From: a virus
Taxonomy: Duplodnaviria > Caudoviricetes
Virus record (IMG/VR): IMGVR_UViG_3300045391_005020
DNA: 64,000 bases
Strand: one strand, 5' to 3'
Shown: one piece after another, positions 51,885 to 61,327 of the stretch
How the letters are laid out: each line of letters begins with the position of its first letter
Position numbering within the stretch: the first letter of the stretch is position 1
Notes under the pieces: model-generated
What the model saw: only the letters and a program-made list of their open reading frames with translations
Told to the model about the DNA's origin: nothing
The model's database searches: none
Made by a program: the position numbers and the translations under genes

Positions 51885-53087
51885 TTACGGATTCGGCTTG
51901 AGCAGCTTCTCGTACTCGGCCCTGATCGCGTCCTTGGAGGCCGCGGTCGGGAGAGTCGGGCTCGCCGGCGGGGTAGCTTCCGCGACCGCCGGAGCGGTAG
52001 CAGGTTGCGCCCACGCTTGAGGAGCCGGAGCAGCCGCAGGTGCGGTACCCCAGCCGCTGGTAGCCACCGGAGCCGCGGCGGGAGCCGCAACCGGAGTGAC
52101 GCCCCAGCTACTCGACGGAGCGGCCTGCGGAGCAGGCTGAGCCGTCGGCTGCGACACCGTCTGGGCACTCATCGGAATACCGAGGCGTGCCATCGCGTCG
52201 GCGAACGCCGGCACCTTGGCCACCACACGCGCGCCGAACGCTTTCACCATCAGGTGAATGTGCTCGTCGTACGTATACTCGCGGACCTGGCCTTCATACG
52301 GGATGAAGTAGTCCTGAGCCGGAATCGGCATCGCGCCGAGGACGTTAACCTCGAACTCACGCGGTTTGCTGCCATTGGGTCTCTGGGCACCGACTCCAAA
52401 TTGAGTATCGGTATTCTTGCCCTCACCCTTGATCTCGAGCTGCACGCCATTCTGGAAATCGTACAGATCTTGACCGCGGCGAGCGGCGTCCGACAGGGTC
52501 TTGAGCAAGGCTTCGAAGCCCGTTTTGGTGAGAAGGACCGCGCAACCCAGCTTGGGCTGAGCGAGCGTTTCGCCATTGAGAACAATCACGCCACACTGAA
52601 CCAGGACGTTATCCTGGATCTGACTCAGCGGGGCGCCGCTATTCTGCGGCTTGGTGGTCAGCTGCTGGAAGAGCGCCAGTTCGTCGCCGGCGAGTTCGTG
52701 CTTGTTGAACTTGCCTTTCCAAACCGGGTAAAGAGCGCGCCACGGCATCGTGAAGTCGTTGAGGGCCGCCAAGTCCACGGGATCGGTGCGGGGATCTTCG
52801 TTGTGCTTCGGATCCGCGAAACCGGTGAACTTCTGGAGCGAGCCCGCCATCACGACGGTCGGGCGAATGTAGAGATTGCTGAACTGGTAGTCGACAGAAC
52901 CATCGGCGTTCTGCATCTGGCCGATCACCATCGGGAGCGGTTTGCCGTCTTTGAATTCCGGATAGATCCGGATTACGGTGCGCTTGTTGGTGGACGGCTT
53001 GACGATCGTCAGCTTGGAATTCGGAACCAGCAAGTCTTGAAAGAAATCTCGCTTGGGCTGGTTGTTTGCATTCGGGTTATAGACCAT
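51885..53087 (-). CDS. probable single-stranded DNA-binding protein
   Basis: Between pol and RecA; IRIYP resembles gp32 IRFLP; long Ala/Pro/Gln linker plus short terminal helix; own promoter and terminator. Confidence 0.5.
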   Translation of the reverse strand: MVYNPNANNQPKRDFFQDLLVPNSKLTIVKPSTNKRTVIRIYPEFKDGKPLPMVIGQMQNADGSVDYQFSNLYIRPTVVMAGSLQKFTGFADPKHNEDPRTDPVDLAALNDFTMPWRALYPVWKGKFNKHELAGDELALFQQLTTKPQNSGAPLSQIQDNVLVQCGVIVLNGETLAQPKLGCAVLLTKTGFEALLKTLSDAARRGQDLYDFQNGVQLEIKGEGKNTDTQFGVGAQRPNGSKPREFEVNVLGAMPIPAQDYFIPYEGQVREYTYDEHIHLMVKAFGARVVAKVPAFADAMARLGIPMSAQTVSQPTAQPAPQAAPSSSWGVTPVAAPAAAPVATSGWGTAPAAAPAPQAWAQPATAPAVAEATPPASPTLPTAASKDAIRAEYEKLLKPNP

Positions 53088-53212
53088 TGTGGTCCTTTCT
53101 TCTATGTCACGTGGTTTGGCAATTTTGTCCTAGTGTCTGATACGACCTGTTTGACCTATGTGCCGTCGTGACGGATAAGCGGAGGGGACACAGTCCACTC
53201 CGCGGGATTACA

Positions 53213-53250
53213 TTTGTACACTACTTGACTCAGAGTCAAGCCGCTTTGTT
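53213..53250 (-). promoter_or_regulatory. promoter variant for putative SSB
   Basis: TTGACT-N15-TACAAA; CTTGACT-N3-AGTCAAG palindrome; includes pol stop codon. Confidence 0.6.
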
Positions 53251-56200
53251 CATCTCGCTCGGGAGTTCCTGATCGAGCTCGCCCAACCGTTTCCTGAACA
53301 CCTCGACGTCGATCTTGATCGACTTGTCGGTGCCCGGGATCTTGTTGAGGTCGACCATGCAGAGCTGCAGGATTTGCTTCATCTCGCGGACGAACTCGGC
53401 CTTCACCTCGATGATGAAAGCGTCGTGGACCGGGATGCAGACCTTGAATCCGATCTGACGGCCGATGTCGGTGCCGTAGCGGAATCGGTACAGGTTGATG
53501 CCTGCGACGGCCAGCATGTCGGCGACGCAGCCCTGAATCGGGCTATTGGCCGCTTCGCGCCGGACCGCGGCCTTGCCGCGATCGTCCATGTCTTCCACGC
53601 CCGGGAACCAGCGACGGCGCCCGAACGGAGTTTCGACGTAGCCGTTGTTCTCGGCCGACTCCATGTTGGCCTGGATCCAAGCCCAGGCTTTACGGTACGA
53701 GCCAGCGAACGAATCGATGATCTCTTGGCAGTCTTCCTTGGTGACGCCCGGAACTTCCTTGCCGATCTCACGTGCCAACGCGGCGGCGCCGCGGCCATAC
53801 ATGAGTCCAAACACCACGGTCTTGGCCGCGGTGCGCAGAGCCGTGTACAGCTTCTTGACGCGTTCGACCCAGTCTTTGTAGGACTTGTGCCGTTCCTTCG
53901 GATCCTGGATGCCCAGGACTCGCTCCAGTTCGGTGACAAATTCCTCTTTCTTGAAGGCGCGCATTGCCACTTCGGAGTGGAGGTCGCGACCCTCTTCGAT
54001 GATCTCAGTCAGGATCTTGTCGCCAGACGCGAACGCCAACACGCACAACTCGGCGGTCTTGAAGTCGACCTCGATGAAGACGTTGCCGGCGTCAGGGACG
54101 TAGCACGACTTGAACATCGGGATGTCGAGTCGCTTCTCCTTCGGGATCTTGAGTTCCGGCGGACACTTCGACTTCGGTGAGTCGTCGGTGCGGTCGCGGT
54201 ACTCCTTCACCGTCATGGGGCGCTTGGTTGGCAGTCCCTTGGCGTCCTTCTCCTCGATCCAATCCATGTTGCGGGCCAGGAAGATCGCGAGAGCCGCGTC
54301 TTCCTGTTTCTTCGGATTGGTCTGCAGGTTTGCCTTGGACATGCGGTACCGACCGGTCGTGCTGGTCTGGTGCAGGTGTCCGCGAACACGCCCATCTCGA
54401 ACCGAGATGTTGTGGCAAATACTCTTACCGTCCTCGCGTACCCCGAACTCGTTCTGGGGCACGTCGACCAAGTAGGTCTTGAGGAACTGGCCCAGGATCG
54501 ACAGCTGCTTGAGCATGGTCAGGGTCCGGATTTCCGGATACCGGTGACTCAACATCTCGAGCGTCGCGACCTTGGTGGATGGCGAGTTCATCATCTGGGC
54601 CCGTATGCACAGCGGCTTTCCGGGTCCGTTCTGTTTCTCGTCTTCCTCCATGATCCTGGTCCACTCGACCGGATACTTATCCGAGTTGTAGAGCGGCGTC
54701 AGATCCAGGACGATGGCGTTTTCAGGCGCCTTCATCTTGTCCTTGTAGATCGCGTTACTGAATAGGAAGGCCGCGCGCTGACGGGGCGAACTCGGGTTGA
54801 AGTCCGGCCAGTTGGCTTCCTCGCGGAATTCCTTCAGGATCGCGTCATACGTGGGCTGGTAGATCGAACGCAGCTTGGCGACCCGTTCGAGATCGACCTT
54901 CAGACCCTGCCGCTCGACATCGAGTAAGTGCAGGCTGGTCGGCATCACGATGTTCTCGAACAGATGCTTGAGACGTGCGTTCGCCGGCTTGTCCATTTCA
55001 GCCATGAGCTTCATGGCCGCACGGAAGTTGGCGTCGGCGTCGTAGCAGGCGTACAAGAGCAGGATCGAATGCGGGACATTTCGGTAACCGAATCGCAGAT
55101 GCTGATTGCGGCCCGAGATGAACTTCGGTTTCGTCGGCGCCAGCGGACGGCCGCCGTCTGACTCATCGTCAGAGTCGTCCTCGGCGTCTTCCCAGGTGTC
55201 CCCGGTAAAGAGGCCGGTGTCGCGCTCATCGCTCACGACCGTGACCTTGGTAGTCCGGTAGTGCTCGAGTGCATCCTGATACTTCGCCATCTCGGCGTGG
55301 TATTGGTTGACCAGCTGGACGTCGGCGTCGTTCACCGGATTCATCTCGTCCGACAACCAGTCCTCGAGCGGCTTCCAATAAGGCCCGAACTCCGGGCAGT
55401 ATTTACGGACCAAGTGGTCCAAGCCTTCTGACTCGTCGCCTTCGGAGCCGAACAGCAGATGGTTCGCCAACATGGTATCGAAACCAGTCGCCAGCGTCTC
55501 GTCGATGTTGATACCTTCTCGCGAGGGCATCTCGATATCGACGCGAAGATGTTGTCCGATCAGCTTCACGCCTGCACGCGATTGGATACGCTGCAAGCAG
55601 GCGGCGATTCGGGCACGCTCCTCGGGCGAGTGGATGACAGCGCCGCGCTCTCCGCGCAGCTTCATCACCACCGCCTGACCCTCAGCCCAGCAGCACTGCC
55701 AGGTCAGCAGGTAATTGAATTCCTCACGGGCGCAGTCGTTGCCGAATTCTGTGTCGACACACAGATGCGTGACGTTCTTCTCAGCAAGTTCGCGTTCGAA
55801 GGCTTCCAGCTGATCGGCGTTCTCGAGCACCCGGTAACCGGGCAACCAGCCGCTGATCGGGTGCCAAGCGTTCATCAGAACCTGCTGGGCCCTGAACAAC
55901 TCGGACTTGAAGACCTCGATGCCGCCGGTCGTGCCGGTGAACACCGCCGGCGAGATCGTCGGGACCACGGGAATTCCTTCCCACGTATGGACGGTGCCGC
56001 GGAAATTGTCGAGCTTCGCGTCGTGGCCGAAGAACGCCTTGAGGGCGTCGGCGCCGAACGTGATAATCACCTTCGGTTTGCACGCATACGCATCCGCCCG
56101 CACATAGGGGGCATTGGCGCGCTTGTGCTGTTCCTTGAAGGTCTTTTCGCCGTCCGGGAGCGCGAACCTGATCGCGTGGGTTACCAAGCAGCGAGTCGGT

Positions 56201-56544
56201 TCGAAACCGGCTTCCTTGAGTTCGCGCCGCAATACCTCACCGCCGCGCGACATCAGACAGGTGCCGTACAGGATGTCTTCCTGGGACGGTGCCGGCAGAA
56301 CCAGCAGGTAGTCGCACGCAGCCCAGCCGAATCCGTGGCCTTCGAGCGTGTCGGGGCGGCAGACCGGGTGGTGGGTGGGGTTGCCCTGACACTTCACCTC
56401 AGGCGGAGTGGTCTGGAAATTTCCAACTTCGAACGCCCACATCTCAGGCGAGACGCCCGGGTAATTGTGGATCCGGTATTCGTCATGGGTCGGATGCAGC
56501 TCCACGAAACCATCGGGAAGCGCACGTAGTTCAGCAACAGTCAT
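53236..56544 (-). CDS. polA: family A DNA polymerase with N-terminal UDG-fold domain and 3'-5' exonuclease
   Basis: Exo VDTE, FDTML, YACYD; pol motifs DFKTAEL, RTAAKTVVFGLMYG, NSPIQG, VHDA; UDG-like KPKVIITFG...RG...VVPT.SPA. Confidence 0.93.
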   Translation of the reverse strand: MTVAELRALPDGFVELHPTHDEYRIHNYPGVSPEMWAFEVGNFQTTPPEVKCQGNPTHHPVCRPDTLEGHGFGWAACDYLLVLPAPSQEDILYGTCLMSRGGEVLRRELKEAGFEPTRCLVTHAIRFALPDGEKTFKEQHKRANAPYVRADAYACKPKVIITFGADALKAFFGHDAKLDNFRGTVHTWEGIPVVPTISPAVFTGTTGGIEVFKSELFRAQQVLMNAWHPISGWLPGYRVLENADQLEAFERELAEKNVTHLCVDTEFGNDCAREEFNYLLTWQCCWAEGQAVVMKLRGERGAVIHSPEERARIAACLQRIQSRAGVKLIGQHLRVDIEMPSREGINIDETLATGFDTMLANHLLFGSEGDESEGLDHLVRKYCPEFGPYWKPLEDWLSDEMNPVNDADVQLVNQYHAEMAKYQDALEHYRTTKVTVVSDERDTGLFTGDTWEDAEDDSDDESDGGRPLAPTKPKFISGRNQHLRFGYRNVPHSILLLYACYDADANFRAAMKLMAEMDKPANARLKHLFENIVMPTSLHLLDVERQGLKVDLERVAKLRSIYQPTYDAILKEFREEANWPDFNPSSPRQRAAFLFSNAIYKDKMKAPENAIVLDLTPLYNSDKYPVEWTRIMEEDEKQNGPGKPLCIRAQMMNSPSTKVATLEMLSHRYPEIRTLTMLKQLSILGQFLKTYLVDVPQNEFGVREDGKSICHNISVRDGRVRGHLHQTSTTGRYRMSKANLQTNPKKQEDAALAIFLARNMDWIEEKDAKGLPTKRPMTVKEYRDRTDDSPKSKCPPELKIPKEKRLDIPMFKSCYVPDAGNVFIEVDFKTAELCVLAFASGDKILTEIIEEGRDLHSEVAMRAFKKEEFVTELERVLGIQDPKERHKSYKDWVERVKKLYTALRTAAKTVVFGLMYGRGAAALAREIGKEVPGVTKEDCQEIIDSFAGSYRKAWAWIQANMESAENNGYVETPFGRRRWFPGVEDMDDRGKAAVRREAANSPIQGCVADMLAVAGINLYRFRYGTDIGRQIGFKVCIPVHDAFIIEVKAEFVREMKQILQLCMVDLNKIPGTDKSIKIDVEVFRKRLGELDQELPSEMNKAA

Positions 56545-57638
56545 GCTATTCCTCGATGGGTAAACGGAACCTGGTCCAACAACGCACGCATCCTGATCAT
56601 GCCCAGGTCGGCGGCGTCCGGGACCGAGATCTTCTTGTTCTTGGGATCGGCGAACTTCTGGCGCGCGATCGCCAGCACTTCCTCGGGCCACTGCAAGATG
56701 TGGGCCGGGACCTTGAGGTATTGGTCGAGCTTCTTTTTCATCTCGAGCGCGAAGACGCGTTTCCGCTCATCGCGCGGATCTGGGATAGTGGTCTCGGGAT
56801 CGATCGCGATGATGGCGGTGCGCCATTTCTTCGCGAAGGCAACGCAGCGCTCGTCGTCCAGGTCCTTGCCGAAAATCGCGATCCCGTTGGGTCCGCACGC
56901 GATCGCGTTGGTGATGCCTTCGCAGATAATCGGGATCTGGGATTCGTGGACGTTGTCGCCGTTGTAAAAGCACTTCCTGAAATGCGGATTGAACATCCAC
57001 TTCGGCTCGGAGCCGTCGATCGCGCGTCCCTGCCAACCGGCCAACTGGCCGTCGACCAGGATTGGGAAGATGACGCGGTTCCGGGCCTTCGGGTAGAGTT
57101 CGTCGTGCTGTTCGGTAAACAGGGCGCCGTAGACTTTTCCCAGGTACTCCGGCGTCAGGCCGTTGTACTTGACGTTCAGGAACTGGCAGGCCTTGTGGTC
57201 CGCCTGCAACGACTGCAAGGGCACGCAGCCCAGCGGCAACCGCAACGGCGGAATCTCGACCTGCGGAGCCAGCTGCGCGAACATCTCTGCGGCTCCGCTC
57301 GGAGTCCCGATGTCGTCCAGGAACTGGCGATAGAACTCCTCCCTGTAGACCTGACAACCTCTTCCGGTTTCACACCGAATGTTGTGGGTCAGGCGCGGGA
57401 ACTCTTTCGACGGGATCGTGAGCCACGAGTGGCCGATCCACAGCCGATACTTGGTATCACCGCAGAGCGGGCAGCACACGCTGTATTGCTCGCCGCCCTG
57501 GTACACATCCAGGTGCCGGCGTCCGAAAGTATCGTACTCGACGCGCCACTTCATGGGCACGCCGACACTAGAAATCTTGACCGTCCCGAACCGGCGCTTG
57601 AGCGCCGCATAGAGGATCGGATTGAGCGGTTGCGTCAT
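56541..57638 (-). CDS. DNA primase (Zn-binding + TOPRIM)
   Basis: CPLCGD, RVIFPI..GWQGR, ICEGITNA, AIDPE, DAAD. Confidence 0.88.
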   Translation of the reverse strand: MTQPLNPILYAALKRRFGTVKISSVGVPMKWRVEYDTFGRRHLDVYQGGEQYSVCCPLCGDTKYRLWIGHSWLTIPSKEFPRLTHNIRCETGRGCQVYREEFYRQFLDDIGTPSGAAEMFAQLAPQVEIPPLRLPLGCVPLQSLQADHKACQFLNVKYNGLTPEYLGKVYGALFTEQHDELYPKARNRVIFPILVDGQLAGWQGRAIDGSEPKWMFNPHFRKCFYNGDNVHESQIPIICEGITNAIACGPNGIAIFGKDLDDERCVAFAKKWRTAIIAIDPETTIPDPRDERKRVFALEMKKKLDQYLKVPAHILQWPEEVLAIARQKFADPKNKKISVPDAADLGMIRMRALLDQVPFTHRGIA

Positions 57639-59113
57639 TGTCCTTCCCCTTGCTGGCGTTTCTTGTCTTCGGTCGGAAGCGTCTTGCGGTCGTGGTCGAC
57701 TTTGGTGCTGCAGAAGCGCTTGCCGCGTTTCTCGAAGCCGGTTGCCTCGTCGAAGCGCACGATGGCGCCGTTCAGACGAACGATGACGGGTGGCTGCAGG
57801 GCGTCGTTACGCGACTTGGCGATCTTGAAGAGCTGCAGGCCCGTGTTCTGGTCGATCTCGTTCAGGACGAACACGTACGAACACGACACCGTAAATTGGC
57901 GGCAGTCCTTGGCGCAGTACTCGTTGTTGTCCGCAAACGCGCCTTTCTGGACTGCGTCCGTGGCCATCTGGTGCGCCACTACCGTGAGCGTGTTGTAACG
58001 ACCGGCCCATTGAGCACAGGCTAGTCCGACATCCGACAAAGCTTCCTCGAGACGCTGATAGCGCTTGTCGTTGTCCTTCATGAATTTCGCGAGGGGACCT
58101 GCCCAGTCGAGGTAGACCAGCGTCGGCGCGTCGCCGGCGGTCACGGACTCGCTGATGAAGTTCTCGATCTTGTCGAGGCCGCCGGGATGCTTGAAAAGAT
58201 CCAAGCCCAGCAAGTTCTGGTCGACCAAATCCATCTTCTTCCGGGCCAACTCGGGATCGATTCCGAATTGACGAGCGGCTTCCTCGATGTTTCCGGCGCA
58301 GCGCTCGATCACCTTGTAGTCGATGCCGGTCGCACAGGCCGCGAGTTTCGCCGCGTAGGTATTGTCGTCGAAACCGATCTCGGTAAGGATCAGAATGACC
58401 TTCTTGCCCTTCAGGCACTGCTCGACGCACATCTGCATGCCGAGGGTCGACTTGCCGCCGCCCTGTTTGGAGATGATCGCGATCGAGCAGCGGTTCGTCG
58501 GTCCGAGGTCGCGACCGTTACCGCACAGTTTATCGATGAAACTGACGCCGGTCTGGACGCGCGGTAGGTCGGTGGCAGGGGCGCGCTTTGAAAGAATATT
58601 GCGGCGTCCGATTCCGGAGCCGGCTTGCGCCTTCGCCTGAATCTCCGCCAGGCGGCGCTGCAGGTCAGCCATGTCGCCGGTCGTCTGGGCGACCGCGATG
58701 GCGTCCTGGTGTTCCTTGTCGATGTAGCAGATCTTATAGAGCTGTTCGATCGCAAGCTTGGCTACCGGAAGGCTGCCGGCGCCGATCTGGTCAAGCGTAC
58801 ACGCGAAGAAGAACCCCGCGACCGCGTCGAGCTCTTGCGCGGTCAAGTAGGCGCTGCCGCCGAATTGGCTCAGCAACTCCTGCGTCTTGGTCTTGATCGT
58901 GTACTCGTCCGGCGCGGTTTTGAACTGGCCGTAGTGGGTCTTGATCACGTCAAACATCAGTCCGATGGCGGCGTGGATCCTGGGATTGTTGAGATCGCGA
59001 ACCTTGTCATGACCGAAATAACTCGTCTCAAGCTTGGCAGTCGCCTCAGCGAGGATCGACTGCGTCTTCAGCATGTGACCAATCAGCGTATACAGGGAAT
59101 CAGTTGGGATCAT
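57635..59113 (-). CDS. DnaB-like (SF4) replicative helicase
   Basis: QTG.SFID, QGGGKST, YLDW, AHQ, IAKSRN. Confidence 0.85.
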   Translation of the reverse strand: MIPTDSLYTLIGHMLKTQSILAEATAKLETSYFGHDKVRDLNNPRIHAAIGLMFDVIKTHYGQFKTAPDEYTIKTKTQELLSQFGGSAYLTAQELDAVAGFFFACTLDQIGAGSLPVAKLAIEQLYKICYIDKEHQDAIAVAQTTGDMADLQRRLAEIQAKAQAGSGIGRRNILSKRAPATDLPRVQTGVSFIDKLCGNGRDLGPTNRCSIAIISKQGGGKSTLGMQMCVEQCLKGKKVILILTEIGFDDNTYAAKLAACATGIDYKVIERCAGNIEEAARQFGIDPELARKKMDLVDQNLLGLDLFKHPGGLDKIENFISESVTAGDAPTLVYLDWAGPLAKFMKDNDKRYQRLEEALSDVGLACAQWAGRYNTLTVVAHQMATDAVQKGAFADNNEYCAKDCRQFTVSCSYVFVLNEIDQNTGLQLFKIAKSRNDALQPPVIVRLNGAIVRFDEATGFEKRGKRFCSTKVDHDRKTLPTEDKKRQQGEGQ

Positions 59114-59694
59114 AAGAGTCCGATATGGTCAGCGAAGATCTCGCGGGCGAGCGGATGGGATGCCAGCTCACGACGAGCACTGTCACGATGACGGTCGAGC
59201 ACGTCGGGAACCTGGTGCTTGATCGCGATATAGCAGCGGAAGAGAGGGGTGAACGGCGCCTGTTCATCACGGGCCAGCTCGGCCGGCGTGAAAGCGGCGC
59301 AGCGCTCTTGGAAATACTGGATCTGCCATTGGTACCTGTCGAACACGCTGGCCTCGATCGAGTCGGAACGTTCCTGAACGGACTCCTCGACCTTGGTGGA
59401 GACCAATCCCTGTGGGTACAGTGGTGCGCCGATCCGGACCATCTCCTCGAGGCGCGCGTGCACGAACGCCTCGGGAGACTCGCCAGAATCGCGGCACATG
59501 AATGCGGCGGACAGGTAGTACCGGTCCGCGGACTTGCCTGTGCCGCCGACACGAGCGCCGGGAGCGCAATAACTTTGGCGTGACTGAATGAACGCAGTCC
59601 GGATCGCCGCTGCGAGCTGTTCGACCTCAGGGGTGACAGCGCGGTAACGTCCTTGTGCGTCCTGCTCAGGAGATTTTTTGGATCTGCCAGCCAT
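59110..59694 (-). CDS. hypothetical protein in replication operon
   Basis: Coupled between the two helicases. Confidence 0.7.
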   Translation of the reverse strand: MAGRSKKSPEQDAQGRYRAVTPEVEQLAAAIRTAFIQSRQSYCAPGARVGGTGKSADRYYLSAAFMCRDSGESPEAFVHARLEEMVRIGAPLYPQGLVSTKVEESVQERSDSIEASVFDRYQWQIQYFQERCAAFTPAELARDEQAPFTPLFRCYIAIKHQVPDVLDRHRDSARRELASHPLAREIFADHIGLL

Positions 59695-61120
59695 GCTTCC
59701 GGTACACTCTGAGACGATTCTGCGATCTGGACTCCAGGTCGCTCGAGAATCGGTCGATGAAATCGATCAGGAGTCCATGCGTCTTCTGCTTCTCGGAACC
59801 GAGACGGCTCAGACGCCCAGGAACCTGGGTCGAATGGATTTCCGAGCCCAAGCCGTCGGCCCGGACCAGGATGTTGAGGTCTTGAAAATTGACGCCCTTC
59901 GACCACACGAAGGTGGCTATCACGCGCCTGAGTTTCCCCGACGCGAAGTCCGCCTTGTACCGTTTCCGGTCTTTGGTGGTGCACAGCAACTGGCCCGGCA
60001 GCAGCGCTCCGTCCTTCTGGAGCTCCTGCGCTCGGTCCGCGTCGATCTCGCCGGTCACGACCGTAAACTCCGGCATGAGCTGCTGGAGCCGGTACGCGTG
60101 CTCGGCTTTATCGACCATGATCAGGACCTGGGCATCCTCGCCGTACTCGGCCAGGGCCCGGTGGGTCGCGATCGTGATGAGCTGATTGCGCGCCAGGTTG
60201 TTCCAGATGCCGGCCCGATCCTTCAGATCTTTGCGGTCGAGGCCGGTGACGTCCGGGCCCTTTCGGCACTCGAACGCCCACACCTTGAGGGGAACCACGT
60301 TGCCGCTTTGGACCGCTTCATCGTATTCGATTTCCGCGATCTTGGGTCCGAACAGGGCCTCAATAAAACCATCGCCGTTGTCGGAGCGGCCTTCCGGCGA
60401 TGCGGTCATGCCCAGGAACTTCGCGCGCCGGAATTGCACCAGCACGTTCCGGAACATCTCGCTCACCAGGGAATGGCACTCGTCGCCGATCAGGAGCGCG
60501 GCGTTCTTGTCGCAGTGCTTGAGCGAGTGGCTGATTGCGACCGTGACCCGTTGCGGGTTCACTTCGCCGTCACCCACGAACCCGATCTCGGGATCGTACC
60601 TGCGCAGGGAATCATAAATCTCGCGGGCCACGTCCTTGGACGGGACCGTGAAGATGATCTTGGAATCCGGGTACAGCCGCATGATCTGGTAGAGCAGGAA
60701 GGACTTTCCCCATCCGGTCGGGCAATGGATGACCCCGTTCCGGCTTGCCAGCATGTTGGCCAATACCCCGGCTTGGTTGCCGCGCCATTCGACGTTCTGG
60801 ACCAGATCGAACCTGGGCTCGGGCAATCCCGATGGCATCAGATCTTCCTCGGTGACATCGATGCCGGCGCCCTTGAGCGTATCGGTGATGCGCTGGCCGT
60901 AGCCAGACAGGCAGTAGAACACGCGGCGCCCAGTCTTGGGGTGCGTGTCGTACCAATAGTTCCGCATCTCGTTCGGGACCTGGCGGCGCTGCCACCCGTT
61001 GGAGTGGCAGGGCTGCTCGTGTTCCACCAGCGTGACTGTACACGCCTGGTGGAACCGGGCCCCGAGCTCAGCGGGCTCCAGGGCCATGATGCGTCCAATA
61101 TAGGACACTACAGCACCCAT
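59666..61120 (-). CDS. SF2 DExH helicase (UvsW-like)
   Basis: PTGWGKS, DECH, MTASP, QVPGRLSR. Confidence 0.92.
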   Translation of the reverse strand: MGAVVSYIGRIMALEPAELGARFHQACTVTLVEHEQPCHSNGWQRRQVPNEMRNYWYDTHPKTGRRVFYCLSGYGQRITDTLKGAGIDVTEEDLMPSGLPEPRFDLVQNVEWRGNQAGVLANMLASRNGVIHCPTGWGKSFLLYQIMRLYPDSKIIFTVPSKDVAREIYDSLRRYDPEIGFVGDGEVNPQRVTVAISHSLKHCDKNAALLIGDECHSLVSEMFRNVLVQFRRAKFLGMTASPEGRSDNGDGFIEALFGPKIAEIEYDEAVQSGNVVPLKVWAFECRKGPDVTGLDRKDLKDRAGIWNNLARNQLITIATHRALAEYGEDAQVLIMVDKAEHAYRLQQLMPEFTVVTGEIDADRAQELQKDGALLPGQLLCTTKDRKRYKADFASGKLRRVIATFVWSKGVNFQDLNILVRADGLGSEIHSTQVPGRLSRLGSEKQKTHGLLIDFIDRFSSDLESRSQNRLRVYRKHGWQIQKIS

Positions 61121-61160
61121 ATGAGCCTCGTGATTTTGGCCGGTAGCATTGCGAGCTAAA

Positions 61161-61202
61161 TAATTACAGCAATTAACGCTCAGTCAATACCATTGTTTTG
61201 AG
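61161..61202 (-). promoter_or_regulatory. conserved promoter element heading the replication operon
   Basis: CTCAAAACAATGGTA-TTGACT-N15-TAATTA. Confidence 0.7.
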
Positions 61203-61268
61203 TCAATTCGGACCCATCAATCCGTGGTGGGTCGGCCATGTGCATCCACAAGGCCAGTTAGGTTATAA

Positions 61269-61323
61269 GCGGGCCAGGAGTCGCCTCCTGGCCCGCAGAC
61301 ACGTTCAGCGGCAAACGCCGCTG
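61269..61323 (-). terminator. two hairpins after the Ubl gene
   Basis: CAGCGGC/GCCGCTG and GCGGGCCAGGAG-N4-CTCCTGGCCCGC-TTAT. Confidence 0.55.
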
Positions 61324-61327
61324 TCAG

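Noticed and set aside
55100-55360. Possible intein in polA
   Set aside because: No C/S start with HN-C/S/T end and no LAGLIDADG; too short.
56545-56691. Upstream start of DNA polymerase
   Set aside because: Lies inside the primase; ATG 56544 gives the usual ATGA coupling.
59110-59694. Helicase loader call
   Set aside because: Suggested by position only; no recognisable motif.
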